64,000 nt of DNA, from positions 5,470 to 69,469 of the forward strand of contig CAVZFC010000035.1 of assembly GCA_963774445.1 (NCBI GenBank), in the 5' to 3' direction. Positions 38,824-50,006 of the stretch are shown here, piece after piece. The notes below the pieces were generated by a model. That model was not told the DNA's origin and did no database searches. It was given only the letters and a program-made list of their open reading frames with translations. A program made the translations under genes and the position numbers. Origin of the DNA: an uncultured delta proteobacterium (lineage in GTDB: Bacteria; Myxococcota_A; Polyangia; Haliangiales; Haliangiaceae). Numbering within the stretch: the stretch's first letter is position 1; each line of letters opens with the position of its first letter.

Positions 38824-39941
38824 AGGCGACCGCGGTGGTGGCCGCCGCCGGCCTTGGCGCGCTGGCCATCGCCTGGTCCTGTGCGCACGGAGGGTCGCCA
38901 GCGCCGGTCGCCGCCATGCCCGCGGATGCCGGAGTCGCGCGGGCGCCGGATGACGCCGCGGCTCCGTCGGGGCCGCGCTGGCTCAAGGGCAACACCCACA
39001 CCCACACCGGCGTGTCCGGCGACAGCCAGACCGATCCCGACGACGTCGTGCGCTGGTACAGCGAGCACGGCTACGACTTCGTCGTCTTCACCGATCACAA
39101 CATGGTCACGACCCACGCCGGCAACGACCGGTTGCTGGTGCTGCCCGGCGTCGAGCTCACGCACAACCCGGAGCACTGCGAGCCGCCGCCGCCGGAGCCC
39201 AACGGCAAGTGCCGCATCCACGTCAACGCGCTGTTCGTGCGCGAGCATCCGACCGAGAAGCTGGAGTGGCAGGACGACAAGGTGGTCAACCGCGTGGGCA
39301 AGTACCAGCTGGCATTCGACGAGGCCAAGCGGCTGGGCGGGTTGATCCAGGTGAACCACCCCAACTGGCACTGGGGCGTCAACGGGCCGCTGTTGACCGA
39401 GCTGGCGCGGCGGGGCGCGGTGCTGGTCGAGATCGCCAACCAGGCGTTCGTTCCCTGGAACGTCGGCCGGCCGGGCAAATACCCGTCAACCGAGGAGGTG
39501 TGGGATCAGGCGCTGACGGCGGGCGCGCGGATCTGGGGCGTGGCGTCGGACGACGCGCACAACTACTACGACGTGCCGTTCCAGCGCGAGCACGGCTACG
39601 GCTACGGCTACCCGCCCGGCTACGGCTACGTCATGGTCTGGGCGAAGAAAGAGCCGGCCGCCATCCGCGCGGCGATGGAGGCGGGGCGCTTCTACGCATC
39701 GACCGGCGTCCAGCTCGAGCGCGCCGAGGTCGAGGACGGCGAGCTGGTGGTAGCGGTCGCGCCCGGCGGCTTCCCGCCGTACACCATCGTCTTCATCGGC
39801 ACGGGCGGCGCCGAGCTGTCCCGTCACGAAGGCGTCGACCGCGCCGCCCAGCCCCTCGTCGCCGACGGCTACGTGCGCGCGGTCGTCATCGACAAGTACG
39901 GCCAACGCGCCTGGGTCCAACCGCACGGGGACGCTCGTTAA
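38820..39941 (+). CDS. PHP-domain metal-dependent phosphoesterase (CehA/McbA-like), secreted
   Basis: The GTG start overlaps the sulfatase stop (GTGA). Motifs GNTHTHTGVSGD and FTDHN, plus a signal peptide. The protein contains an internal GYGYGYPPGYGY repeat. Confidence 0.7.
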   Translation: MKATAVVAAAGLGALAIAWSCAHGGSPAPVAAMPADAGVARAPDDAAAPSGPRWLKGNTHTHTGVSGDSQTDPDDVVRWYSEHGYDFVVFTDHNMVTTHAGNDRLLVLPGVELTHNPEHCEPPPPEPNGKCRIHVNALFVREHPTEKLEWQDDKVVNRVGKYQLAFDEAKRLGGLIQVNHPNWHWGVNGPLLTELARRGAVLVEIANQAFVPWNVGRPGKYPSTEEVWDQALTAGARIWGVASDDAHNYYDVPFQREHGYGYGYPPGYGYVMVWAKKEPAAIRAAMEAGRFYASTGVQLERAEVEDGELVVAVAPGGFPPYTIVFIGTGGAELSRHEGVDRAAQPLVADGYVRAVVIDKYGQRAWVQPHGDAR

Positions 39942-40105
39942 CCGCACGGGGACGCTCGTTAGTTTTTCACTTTCTTCTCCCGCAATTTCGGGGCCTTGAC
40001 TCCCCCCTAGTCGCACCTTCTCCACAGCCTGCGACAGGGGGTGACTCAACCCCACGGAATCCAACGGAAAAGAAGTGGAAAACTAACGAGCGTCCCCAAA
40101 TGGGG
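39919..40105. repeat. MITE-like / structured intergenic element: 21-bp tandem duplication + ~33-bp terminal inverted repeats + nested internal palindrome
   Basis: An exact tandem copy of AACCGCACGGGGACGCTCGTT lies at 39919-39939 and 39940-39960. The left arm (39947-39980) pairs with the right arm (40066-40097, reverse-complemented) at about 30 of 33 positions. An inner inverted repeat pairs TTGACTCCCCCCTAGTCGCA with TGCGACAGGGGGTGACTCAA. The element is AT-richer than the genome, and the arms supply the GDAR-stop codons of both convergent flanking genes. Confidence 0.6.
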
Positions 40106-40946
40106 TGGTGCAGGGGGGGCCGGGGGCGAACTGGTAGTGGGCGACGGTGCCGGGGGCCAGGGCCAGGAGGGTGGCGGAGCGGGTGCCGTAGTTGGGGGTG
40201 TGGATGCAGACGGCGTGGAGCTTGCGCACGAAGTCGGCGGCGAAGCGGGAGCCGGGGGGCAGAGACGGGAGGCTGTCCGGGGCAGGCTGCTGGTGGTCGG
40301 CGAGGGCGCCGATGAGGGCAGCGCGCAGCTCGGGCCAGGGGGCGTGCACGGCCGGCTCGACCAGCTCGCGGACGCGCTCGACCTTGGGGAACTCGGGCGA
40401 GTCGATGCAATCGTTGGGCAGGACGTGCAGGCCAGGCGGCATCTCCACGATGTCAACGTGCGCGGCTTCACGTCGGCCGTACGCCACCTCGACCCCACCC
40501 GCGTCTCCATAGATCAGGTTGAACGAGTTGTAGCGCCCCGGGTCCAGGCGCTCGAGCCTCGCCCGCACCGCCTCCCGCGTACCCAGCTCGAGCGCCCCGA
40601 CGACCAGCGGCCCGCGCGACTCGAGTGATGGGTCCGGCCCGGTATACGTCCGCTGGTTGGTCACACCGGCGAAGAAGCCGCCCGGGGTAACCCCGAGCCA
40701 GGTCCCGCCCGAGGAGACGTCCAAGCCACCGATCACACGCGGCTCTTCCACCAGCACCTGCGGCGGCTTCGCCTCGCGCGCGTAGATCTCGTCCCGATTG
40801 GCCGCCAGGACCAGCGGCAGGTCGTCGCGCACCCGGTTCAGCACCACGAAGGTACACACCTGGCCGGCATACCACGCCTCCCCCGCGAAAGCGTTTGACC
40901 ACGCCCCGGCCTTGGCTATGCTCGGACCTTCGTGAGCGCTCCCCAT
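40083..40946 (-). CDS. NRDE family protein (DUF833/TANGO2-like)
   Basis: LAANRDE motif. The product is 287 aa, and its last codons lie inside the right inverted-repeat arm. Confidence 0.75.
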   Translation of the reverse strand: MGSAHEGPSIAKAGAWSNAFAGEAWYAGQVCTFVVLNRVRDDLPLVLAANRDEIYAREAKPPQVLVEEPRVIGGLDVSSGGTWLGVTPGGFFAGVTNQRTYTGPDPSLESRGPLVVGALELGTREAVRARLERLDPGRYNSFNLIYGDAGGVEVAYGRREAAHVDIVEMPPGLHVLPNDCIDSPEFPKVERVRELVEPAVHAPWPELRAALIGALADHQQPAPDSLPSLPPGSRFAADFVRKLHAVCIHTPNYGTRSATLLALAPGTVAHYQFAPGPPCTTPFGDAR

Positions 40947-42993
40947 TCATCGGGCAGGCCGGGCGGATTTCCCAGCACACTCGGCGACTTCCAGCTCCAG
41001 AGCCTGCTCGGCGAGGGCGGCTCGGGGCAGGTCTACGCCGCCCGTTGGGGACACCGCGAGGTCGCCCTCAAGGTTCTGCACCCGAGCCTGGTCGCCACCC
41101 CGCGGGAGCGGGAGCGCTTCTTCGCCGAGGCCCGGCTGCTGAGCGAGAATCGCTCATCCCGGCGTGGTCAAGGTGCTCGGTTTCGGCGCGCTGCCCGACG
41201 GCCGCCCGTACCTGGCGATGGAAAAGCTCGACGGCGAAACCCTCGCCGTCCGCCTTGGCCGCGGCCGCCTGGCCCTGGGCGAGTCGCTGGCGCTGTTCGG
41301 CCAGCTGGCCCGCGCGGTCGATGCGCTCCACGCGCGCGGCCTGGTCCATCGCGACCTCAAGCCGGAGAACGTGGTGCTGGTGCACAACGGCGGCTTCGCC
41401 GTGCTGCTCGACTTCGGCATCGCCAAGGAGATGGACTCGCCCGCGTCCACCGTCACCCAGGACGGAGGTGTCCGCGGCACGCCGGCATACATGGCACCCG
41501 AGCGTTTCTTCGGCCGCCCGGCCACGCCGCAGAGCGACATCTACGAGCTCGCCGTCCTGTTCTACGGCATGCTCGTCGGCGCGCTGCCGTGGGACGATGT
41601 CGCCAATCCGGAAGCGCGGCTCAATCCGCGCACGCCGTCCGAGCGCGGAGTGGCCCTGCCGGGACAGCTCGAGACCGTCATCGCGCGCGCGCTGTCAACT
41701 CGCCCCGAGGCGCGACCGACCTCGGCCGGCGCGTTCCTCCAGCAGGTGGAGACCGCGCTCGGCGCGGCTCCCGGCGAACGCCACACCGCGTCGGCCGACA
41801 GCTCTGCCGCGCCGCGGGTCACCGCCGACGTAGGCTCTGCGGGAATCCAGCCCGCGCCGCAGCCGCCGCCCGCGATCGCACCGACCGGTCATGCGACTCC
41901 CTATGGCTGGGGACCGCAGCCGCCGACCCCGCCCGGCTATGCGCCGCCCGCCGGCTACGTGCAGCCGCCCGGCGCCACCACCACCGCGCAGACCGCGGCG
42001 CGCGGCAAGCGCTGGCCGTGGATCGTCGGTGGTCTGGCCATTGCCGCGGTCGCCGCGGTCATCGTCGTCTTCGCCCTGCAGACCGGCAACGGCAGCGAGA
42101 CGCTGGCCTCCGCCGATGCGCCGGCCATCGCCGAGGACCAGCCGGCCGCCGGTGACGACCTGCCCGCGCAGCCGTTGCCGACCAGCGCCGCCGTCGCGCA
42201 ACCGCCGGCAACCAGTGCGACCAGCGGCCTCGCCGACATCGCCCGCCATCACCCGGCCGACACCCGCTTCCTGGTGGCGGTAGACGTTCGTGCGCTGCTC
42301 GCCAGCCAGTCGTTCGGCGACGTGCTTCGCCAGCAAAAGGACAACCCGCAGGCGGCTCCGCTCCTGCTGATGGGCACGATGTGCAAGGTCAACCCGTTCG
42401 CCGACATCGACGCCATGTCGCTGGGTATCGCCGGCAAGAATCAGGACCAGTACGACGTGACCATCTCGGGGCGCCTCGACCGCCGTGCCATCGAGAGCTG
42501 CATCGGCAGCATGGTCAACCACGCATCGAAGACATGGATCGACGACCACACTCTGTTCGTGACCAACCGCTCGGGTGTCAACGCCGGCTGGCTGGCCGCG
42601 CGGGTCTCCGGTGACGACTCGTACGCCGACACGGCCGGCACCAATCTCAACCGCGTCAACCGCACCGCCACGCTGTGGTTCGCGGGCCTGCCCGGCGACG
42701 CTTTCGGCGAGGTCGGCCCCGGCTTCCCCACCCCCCGCGGCGCGCACGGCGACGTCACCGTCGGCGCCGAGGTCGGCATCAACGTCTTCGTCCGCTACGC
42801 CGCCGCCCGCGACGCGGCGCGCGCCGCCGCCGAGGCCAAGAAGCAGCTGGCCGACGTGCCCGAGGGGCTCATCGGCACCCTGCGCGCCGAGCAAGAGGGC
42901 GAGCAGCTGCACGTCGTGGTCAGGATGAACGCGCTGGTCACCACCATGCTGGCCAAGCAGCTCGCCGCCGAGATGGCGCCGCCCGCCGAGTAG
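40932..42993 (+). pseudogene. membrane Ser/Thr protein kinase with apparent +1 frameshift at ~41144 (pseudogene or sequencing error)
   Basis: G-loop GEGGSGQVY, VALKVL and ...EARLLS lie in one frame. RIAHPGVVKVLGFG, HRDLKPENVV, DFGIAK and TPAYMAPE lie in the next frame. Removing one G from GAGCGAGAAT restores LLSRIAHPGVV. A TM helix and an extracytoplasmic C-terminal domain follow. Confidence 0.55.
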
Positions 42994-43027
42994 CGGCCGT
43001 CAGTTTTGTGTCATATTTGACGGCGCC

Positions 43028-43678
43028 ATGCGCCGCACCGAACGTCTCTTCGCGCTGGCAGAGCTCTTGCGCGCGCGGCGGACCGGCGTCACCGCCGAAG
43101 AGCTAGCCGATCGTTTCGACGTGTCGGTGCGAACGATCTACCGCGACCTCGACAGCCTGCGCGCGGCGGCGCTGCCGGTGATCGGCGAGCGTGGCCGCGG
43201 CGGCGGGCTGGTGCTCGACAGCTCGTACACCCTGCCGCCGGTCAACTTCACCGCCCGGGAGGCGGCGATCCTGGTCACCGCCGGGCGCTGGCTCGAGCGC
43301 GCTCGCCTGATCCCATTCGTCAACACCCTTCGCGCCGCCGTCAACAAGGTTCAGGCGGCGCTGCCCACCGCGCGCCAGCGCGAGGTCGCCCGGCTGGAGC
43401 GGACGCTGGCCTACGTCGGCGTTCCGGTCCGCTCGCCGTCGGCCGCCGTGCGCGCTGCGGTCGAGCGGGCCTGGCTGGAGCAGGCGCCGCTGTTCATCGT
43501 CTACGACGGTGCCCGCGGCCGCACCGAGCGGACCGTCCGCATCGAGCAGGTGATCATGGAGCGGACGATGACCCTGCTCAACTGTCACGACCTGGACAAG
43601 GACGCCACCCGGCAGTTCAAGCTCCACCTCATCCACCGGGCCGAGGTGGTCGAGACGCCCCCGGGGCCAGGCCGCTAG
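43028..43678 (+). CDS. YafY-family transcriptional regulator (HTH + WYL domain)
   Basis: The N-terminal MRRTERLFALAELLRARR..VTAEELADRFDVSVRTIYRDL is a HTH_11/DeoR-like signature. A WYL-like region lies at the C-terminus. Confidence 0.75.
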   Translation: MRRTERLFALAELLRARRTGVTAEELADRFDVSVRTIYRDLDSLRAAALPVIGERGRGGGLVLDSSYTLPPVNFTAREAAILVTAGRWLERARLIPFVNTLRAAVNKVQAALPTARQREVARLERTLAYVGVPVRSPSAAVRAAVERAWLEQAPLFIVYDGARGRTERTVRIEQVIMERTMTLLNCHDLDKDATRQFKLHLIHRAEVVETPPGPGR

Positions 43679-43704
43679 TTTTCCCAGCCGGTCGCCGCGG
43701 GGCC

Positions 43705-44364
<660 letters not shown>

Positions 44365-44377
44365 GATCCATCGGGCT

Positions 44378-45349
44378 CTACGCCGCCATAGACTGCGAGC
44401 GAAAGCGGTCCAGGCGGCTGGCGTGGTGGGCGAACGAGATCGGGCAGGTCGCCGCGCACGGCTTGGGCGTGTGGAACGCGCGGCGAATGTCGTCGGTGCC
44501 GTAGTCGGCCAGCGGCGTCCCGGGGCTGCCGAAGCGCGGAGCACACAGGTGGACCAGACCGTTCTCGCAGACCATGAAGGTGCGCGCGCCCGCCCGGCAC
44601 TTCCAGTTGACAACGCCGTCGCGGACCAGCGGCACGGTGAAGTCGTCGCCCAGTAGTGTGGTCGCGCGCTTGCCCAGGCGGCGAATCTCGTCGTAGGCGG
44701 CGCGCGCTGCGTCGTCGAGCTCGGCCAGGGTGCCGTCGCCGTTGCGCACCAGCGAGCACGACGCGTCGAAGCCGAGCGACAGCGCCACCCGCGTGACTTC
44801 GACCGCCTCTTCGGGCGGGCCCGAGCCGAGCACGGTGTTGATGCGCACGCGGAAGCGCGCGTGCTCCGACAGCAGACGCAACTTCGGCATCAGCGGCTTG
44901 AGCGACTTCACCGTAACCGCGTTGGGCCGCACGTTGTCAACGCTGATCTGCATGCCGTACAGCCCCGCGCGCCCCAGCTCGTCGATCCAGTTGCGGGTCA
45001 ACAGGTAGCCGTTGGTGTTGACCAGCGGCGTCATCCCGCGTTCGCGCACGTACGCCACCAGCGCGGCCAGGTCGGGGTGGAGCAAGCTCTCGCCGCCGGT
45101 CAGGGTGACGAACACCGAGCGAAGCCGGGCCAGGTGATCGATCCGCTCGTGCAGCAGCTCGGTCGGCACCGGCTTCGACACCTTGTCGTACTCCAAGCAG
45201 TAGCCGCAGCTCAGGTTGCACCGCCGGGTTACGGTCAGGTGGGTGATCAGCGGCCGGTCGGTGTCGAGGGCGGACGACGCCACGCGCAGGAACAGGCGTC
45301 CATCTTCGCGGCGGGAGGTGACCTTGCGGGCAGGGAGGGGGAGCTTCAT
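44378..45349 (-). CDS. radical SAM protein with C-terminal Cys-rich (SPASM/twitch-like) region
   Basis: CNLSCGYC (CxxxCxxC) is followed by GGESLL, and a C-terminal CENGLVHLC...CAATC cysteine cluster is present. Confidence 0.75.
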   Translation of the reverse strand: MKLPLPARKVTSRREDGRLFLRVASSALDTDRPLITHLTVTRRCNLSCGYCLEYDKVSKPVPTELLHERIDHLARLRSVFVTLTGGESLLHPDLAALVAYVRERGMTPLVNTNGYLLTRNWIDELGRAGLYGMQISVDNVRPNAVTVKSLKPLMPKLRLLSEHARFRVRINTVLGSGPPEEAVEVTRVALSLGFDASCSLVRNGDGTLAELDDAARAAYDEIRRLGKRATTLLGDDFTVPLVRDGVVNWKCRAGARTFMVCENGLVHLCAPRFGSPGTPLADYGTDDIRRAFHTPKPCAATCPISFAHHASRLDRFRSQSMAA

Positions 45350-45450
45350 GCCGCCGCCCGGGTGCACGCGGTGTGCCGCCGCGCAACTCCCCGAATCTTC
45401 GTCTGCCTGTGTCTGCCAAGCTGACGCCCTGTTGAATTCAGAACACCTGC

Positions 45451-47199
45451 TCAGAACACTTGATCGACGCCGATGAGCAGCCGTCCGGGGAAGCCCGGCG
45501 TCTGCCCGGTCAGTGGAATCGCCCAGTCCAGCCGGTAAGCCAGCGGGCTGAGCTGCGGGATCAGCCAGCGGATGCCGACGCCGACGTCGGCGCGTAGCGA
45601 CAGATCGCTCACGTGGTCGGCGGCGTGCCCGGCGTCGAGGAAGACGATGCCGCCGGCCCGCGCGAACCAGATCTTGAGCGGCATCGACCGCAGCTCGACG
45701 TTGGCGCGCACTCGCCGGTCGCCGATGAACTCGCCGATGGCATAGCCGCGCAGGCCGCTGGTGCCACCCAGGGTGTAGTAGCGGTTTTGCTGATCGTGGA
45801 GCAGCGCGTCGGCCTCCACCCGCGCGACGACCCGGGCGATGCCGCCGAGGCGAGGCGTCGCCAGCTTGGCCGCCAGCTCCAGTCGGCCGTCGTAGAAGTC
45901 GGCGCCGTCGAGCCGCGAGCTGGTGGTGGCGCTCACCCGCACGAAGCCGTCACCAGACCAGTCCAGGGTGTAGCCGGCCGCCACCGAGCCGAACAGGAAG
46001 TTCTTCTCCGAGCCGATCAGCTCGAGCGCGCTGCCCACCGACACCGTCAGGTCAGGACCCAGGCTGGCGTCTTCGCGCAGGTCGTAGGTGTCGATGTCGC
46101 GGTAGGCGACGTAGCGGGGCGTGAACACCTGGTAGCGCGCCACCAGACTGGACGTCCGCTCCGAGCGGGGAAAAACGTCGCGCACGAACGCGTCGCGCAC
46201 GTCCGCGGGCTGGTTGAAGTCCGGTCGCAGCGACGGTCGCTGCACCGCCAGGTCGTAGGCGCCCGATACCCGCTGCACCACCTTGCGGCCGAACGACCGG
46301 GTCACCACCGCTTCGGCCGACACGTTGCGCTGGTCGTAGGTCCACGGCACCTCCTCGACCTCGGGCGTGTCCGGATCGTCGTAGGTGCGCAAAGACAGCC
46401 CCTGGAAGACGCGGACCACGCCGTCGTAGTGGCTGACCGTCAGGCCGCCGCCCCACTTGCTGTCGGTTGACCAGAACGGATAGGTCAACGCGGTGCTGGA
46501 GCGCGAGCCCTCGAGCTTGCCGCTGGCGCGCGAGAACAGCGGGCCGGCGTGCGTTGACAACCTGAGGCGGGTGCCGGCGATGTTCTTGTCGACGTACAGC
46601 GGCCCGACGAAGATCGACCCCTGGTCCATGCTGAACACCGCCGCGGTCTGCTTGCGCAGGCCGAGGAAGTTGTTCTCCGAGATCGATGCGGTGAAGGAGA
46701 CGAACGTCCCCGACTGGAACTCGAAGTTGGTGTTGAAGCGCAGGCTCCAGACGTCGCGGGTCACCACCAGCAGGTTGACCTGTCCGGGCACGCCGCTCTC
46801 GACCGGCATCAGCACCACCAGCGAGGTGAAGATCGGATCGCGCAGCTTGCGCTCGGTCTCCCAGATCTTCTGCGGGTCCCACACGTGGCCCGGCCGCAGC
46901 ACCACCTCACGCTCGATCTGCCGCCAGCGAGTGGTCCGATGGAAGATGTTGAAGAACCGCAGGAAGCCGTCGCGTGGGCTGAAGACCTCGTAGTCGACGA
47001 CCCAGATCCGGTGCAGCACCTTGCCGTCGGGCGCGGGATCGATCTTCAGCTTCAGCTCGGCCAGCGCCCGATCGAGTGCCTGCCGCTCGTAGCTGCCCGG
47101 CGGCGGCAGCTCGCCCGGCTTGCGCGGCTCCTCGCCGCGGGCGGCGCCGGACAGGGCGGCGGCCAGCGCCAGCGCGGCGAGTACGACCCGAAACATCAT
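45451..47199 (-). CDS. BamA/TamA (Omp85, bacterial surface antigen) family outer-membrane protein
   Basis: Signal peptide MMFRVVLAALALAAALSGAARG, a POTRA-like N-terminal region, and a C-terminal beta-barrel ending in an aromatic residue (...GVDQVF). The upstream ORF extension is rejected because it overlaps the epimerase gene. Confidence 0.65.
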   Translation of the reverse strand: MMFRVVLAALALAAALSGAARGEEPRKPGELPPPGSYERQALDRALAELKLKIDPAPDGKVLHRIWVVDYEVFSPRDGFLRFFNIFHRTTRWRQIEREVVLRPGHVWDPQKIWETERKLRDPIFTSLVVLMPVESGVPGQVNLLVVTRDVWSLRFNTNFEFQSGTFVSFTASISENNFLGLRKQTAAVFSMDQGSIFVGPLYVDKNIAGTRLRLSTHAGPLFSRASGKLEGSRSSTALTYPFWSTDSKWGGGLTVSHYDGVVRVFQGLSLRTYDDPDTPEVEEVPWTYDQRNVSAEAVVTRSFGRKVVQRVSGAYDLAVQRPSLRPDFNQPADVRDAFVRDVFPRSERTSSLVARYQVFTPRYVAYRDIDTYDLREDASLGPDLTVSVGSALELIGSEKNFLFGSVAAGYTLDWSGDGFVRVSATTSSRLDGADFYDGRLELAAKLATPRLGGIARVVARVEADALLHDQQNRYYTLGGTSGLRGYAIGEFIGDRRVRANVELRSMPLKIWFARAGGIVFLDAGHAADHVSDLSLRADVGVGIRWLIPQLSPLAYRLDWAIPLTGQTPGFPGRLLIGVDQVF

Positions 47200-47265
47200 C
47201 GACGCGGAAATATCGCATAATGCGGCCCCGCCTGGCCCCCCGTGGCCGCCGCGAAAGGAGCAGAC

Positions 47266-48258
<993 letters not shown>

Positions 48259-48351
48259 ACGCCGCCGAGGATCACAGTTCGGCACACCGCTCGAACGTCA
48301 CCGATCCCACCGTTGACGTTCTCGTTGATTCACGGGCTGGGACACCTATGG

Positions 48352-49977
48352 TGGGAAGTGGGGTTCCCCTTGGTTACGACTGTCGCACTGCCCTCGGACT
48401 TCCTCGCGCCGGGCACTCGTCTGGGCCGCTACGAGCTGCTCAAGCGACTGGCGGTCGGGGGGATGGCCGAGCTCTACCTGGCCCGATCCACCGGCATCGA
48501 GGGCTTCGAAAAGCTGGTCGCGCTCAAGCGCATCCTGCCGCAGTACGCGACCAGCGAAGACTTCGTGACCATGTTCCTCGACGAGGCGCGGCTGTCGGCG
48601 ACGCTGCAGCACGCCAACATCGCGCAGGTCTACGACATCGGCCAGACCTCCGAGGGACTGTTCTTCACCATGGAGTACGTGCACGGCAAGGACGTGCGCG
48701 ACCTGCTCAAGCGATCGGTGCGCCGCGACCAGCCGATCCCGCTCGCGCACGCGCTGTCGATCGTCGCCGGCGCCGCCGCCGGGCTGCACGCGGCTCACGA
48801 GAAGCACGGTCCCGATGGGCGCCCCCTCGGCGTCGTCCACCGCGACGTGTCGCCGGCAAACATCCTGGTCTCGTACGACGGCTGCGTGAAGCTGATCGAC
48901 TTCGGCGTGGCCAAGGCGACGCGCAACAACGGCCAGACTCGCGTCGGCACGCTCAAGGGCAAGATCGCCTACATGGCGCCGGAGCAGTGCCTGGGTGAGC
49001 CGGTCGATCGGCGCAGCGACATCTTCGCCCTGGGCATCGTGCTCTACGAGCTGACCTGCGGCCGGCGGCTGTTCCAGGGCGAGACCGAGTTCGCCATCAT
49101 GAAGCGGATCGTCGGCGAGGACGCGCCGTCGCCGTCGGCCAGCCGCGCGGACTATCCGCCCGGGCTGGAGGTGATCGTCCGCAAGGCGCTGGCCCGCGAT
49201 CGCGCGGCCCGCTACCAGAACGCCCAGGAGCTGCAGCTGGCGATCGAGAGCTTCGCGCGTCTGCACGGCCTGGTGCTGTCGGCGGTGCGCCTGGGCGGCT
49301 ACATGCGCGAGCTCTTCGCCGACAGCTGGTCGGCGGTAGCCACGCCGTCGGCGCTCGCGCCCGGTGACGGCGACGAGCTGCGGTCGGTCACCGGGTCCGG
49401 GGTCGGCGACGACCAGAGCGCCGCGCTCGACCAGCTCATCGTCGAGCTCGACGGCGGCGATGGCGATATCGCCGAGGGCTCCGGATCGGACGCCCCGCCG
49501 ATCGAGACCTGGATGTTCTCCGGTGCCGAAGCGCTGGTCGCGGGCGAGCCGGTGGCAATGGCGCCGCTCGACGACGCCGCGCCGCCTGTCGCTCGCCGCC
49601 GCTGGCTGGCTCCGGCCGCCGCGGCGGTCGCCCTGGCGGCGCTGGCTCTGGTCGTGCTGCTCGTCCACGGGCAGGGTGGAGCGGCCGCCGCGACCCACGC
49701 CGTGCCGCCGCCACCAGCCGCCAGGCCGGTGGAGCCTCCGGTGAAGCCGTTGGCCGCCCCGGTCTACTTGCCGCAGTCGGCGCCGGCCGCGCCCGAGCCG
49801 GCGGCCGTGAAGGAGACGCCGCGGCCCGCGCCCGCCAGCGCTGCAGCCGGCCGCAGGCGACACGCCAGCCACGCGCGGCATGGCCACCGCCCGTCGGTCA
49901 CCGTGCCCGCGGCGCGGGACCGCGGCAGTGCGGACGCTGACCACGATTGGAATCCGGACTCGGCGCTGCCGCCGTAG
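48352..49977 (+). CDS. Ser/Thr protein kinase with Pro/Ala-rich C-terminal tail
   Basis: Motifs LKRLAVGGMAELYLA, VALKRI, HRDVSPANILV, DFGVAKA and YMAPEQ. Start is uncertain (48313, 48352 or 48370). Confidence 0.8.
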   Translation, partial: WEVGFPLVTTVALPSDFLAPGTRLGRYELLKRLAVGGMAELYLARSTGIEGFEKLVALKRILPQYATSEDFVTMFLDEARLSATLQHANIAQVYDIGQTSEGLFFTMEYVHGKDVRDLLKRSVRRDQPIPLAHALSIVAGAAAGLHAAHEKHGPDGRPLGVVHRDVSPANILVSYDGCVKLIDFGVAKATRNNGQTRVGTLKGKIAYMAPEQCLGEPVDRRSDIFALGIVLYELTCGRRLFQGETEFAIMKRIVGEDAPSPSASRADYPPGLEVIVRKALARDRAARYQNAQELQLAIESFARLHGLVLSAVRLGGYMRELFADSWSAVATPSALAPGDGDELRSVTGSGVGDDQSAALDQLIVELDGGDGDIAEGSGSDAPPIETWMFSGAEALVAGEPVAMAPLDDAAPPVARRRWLAPAAAAVALAALALVVLLVHGQGGAAAATHAVPPPPAARPVEPPVKPLAAPVYLPQSAPAAPEPAAVKETPRPAPASAAAGRRRHASHARHGHRPSVTVPAARDRGSADADHDWNPDSALPP

Positions 49978-50006
49978 CCCCGTTGACGACGAGGGAGGGG
50001 ATCATT

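Noticed and set aside
39486-40628. ORFs 39486-40064 (-) and 40041-40628 (+) encoding LTSVPVRLTSVPVRL or spanning the inverted-repeat element
   Set aside because: They are read-through translations of the tandem or inverted repeat and of the opposite strand of real genes, so they are not coding.
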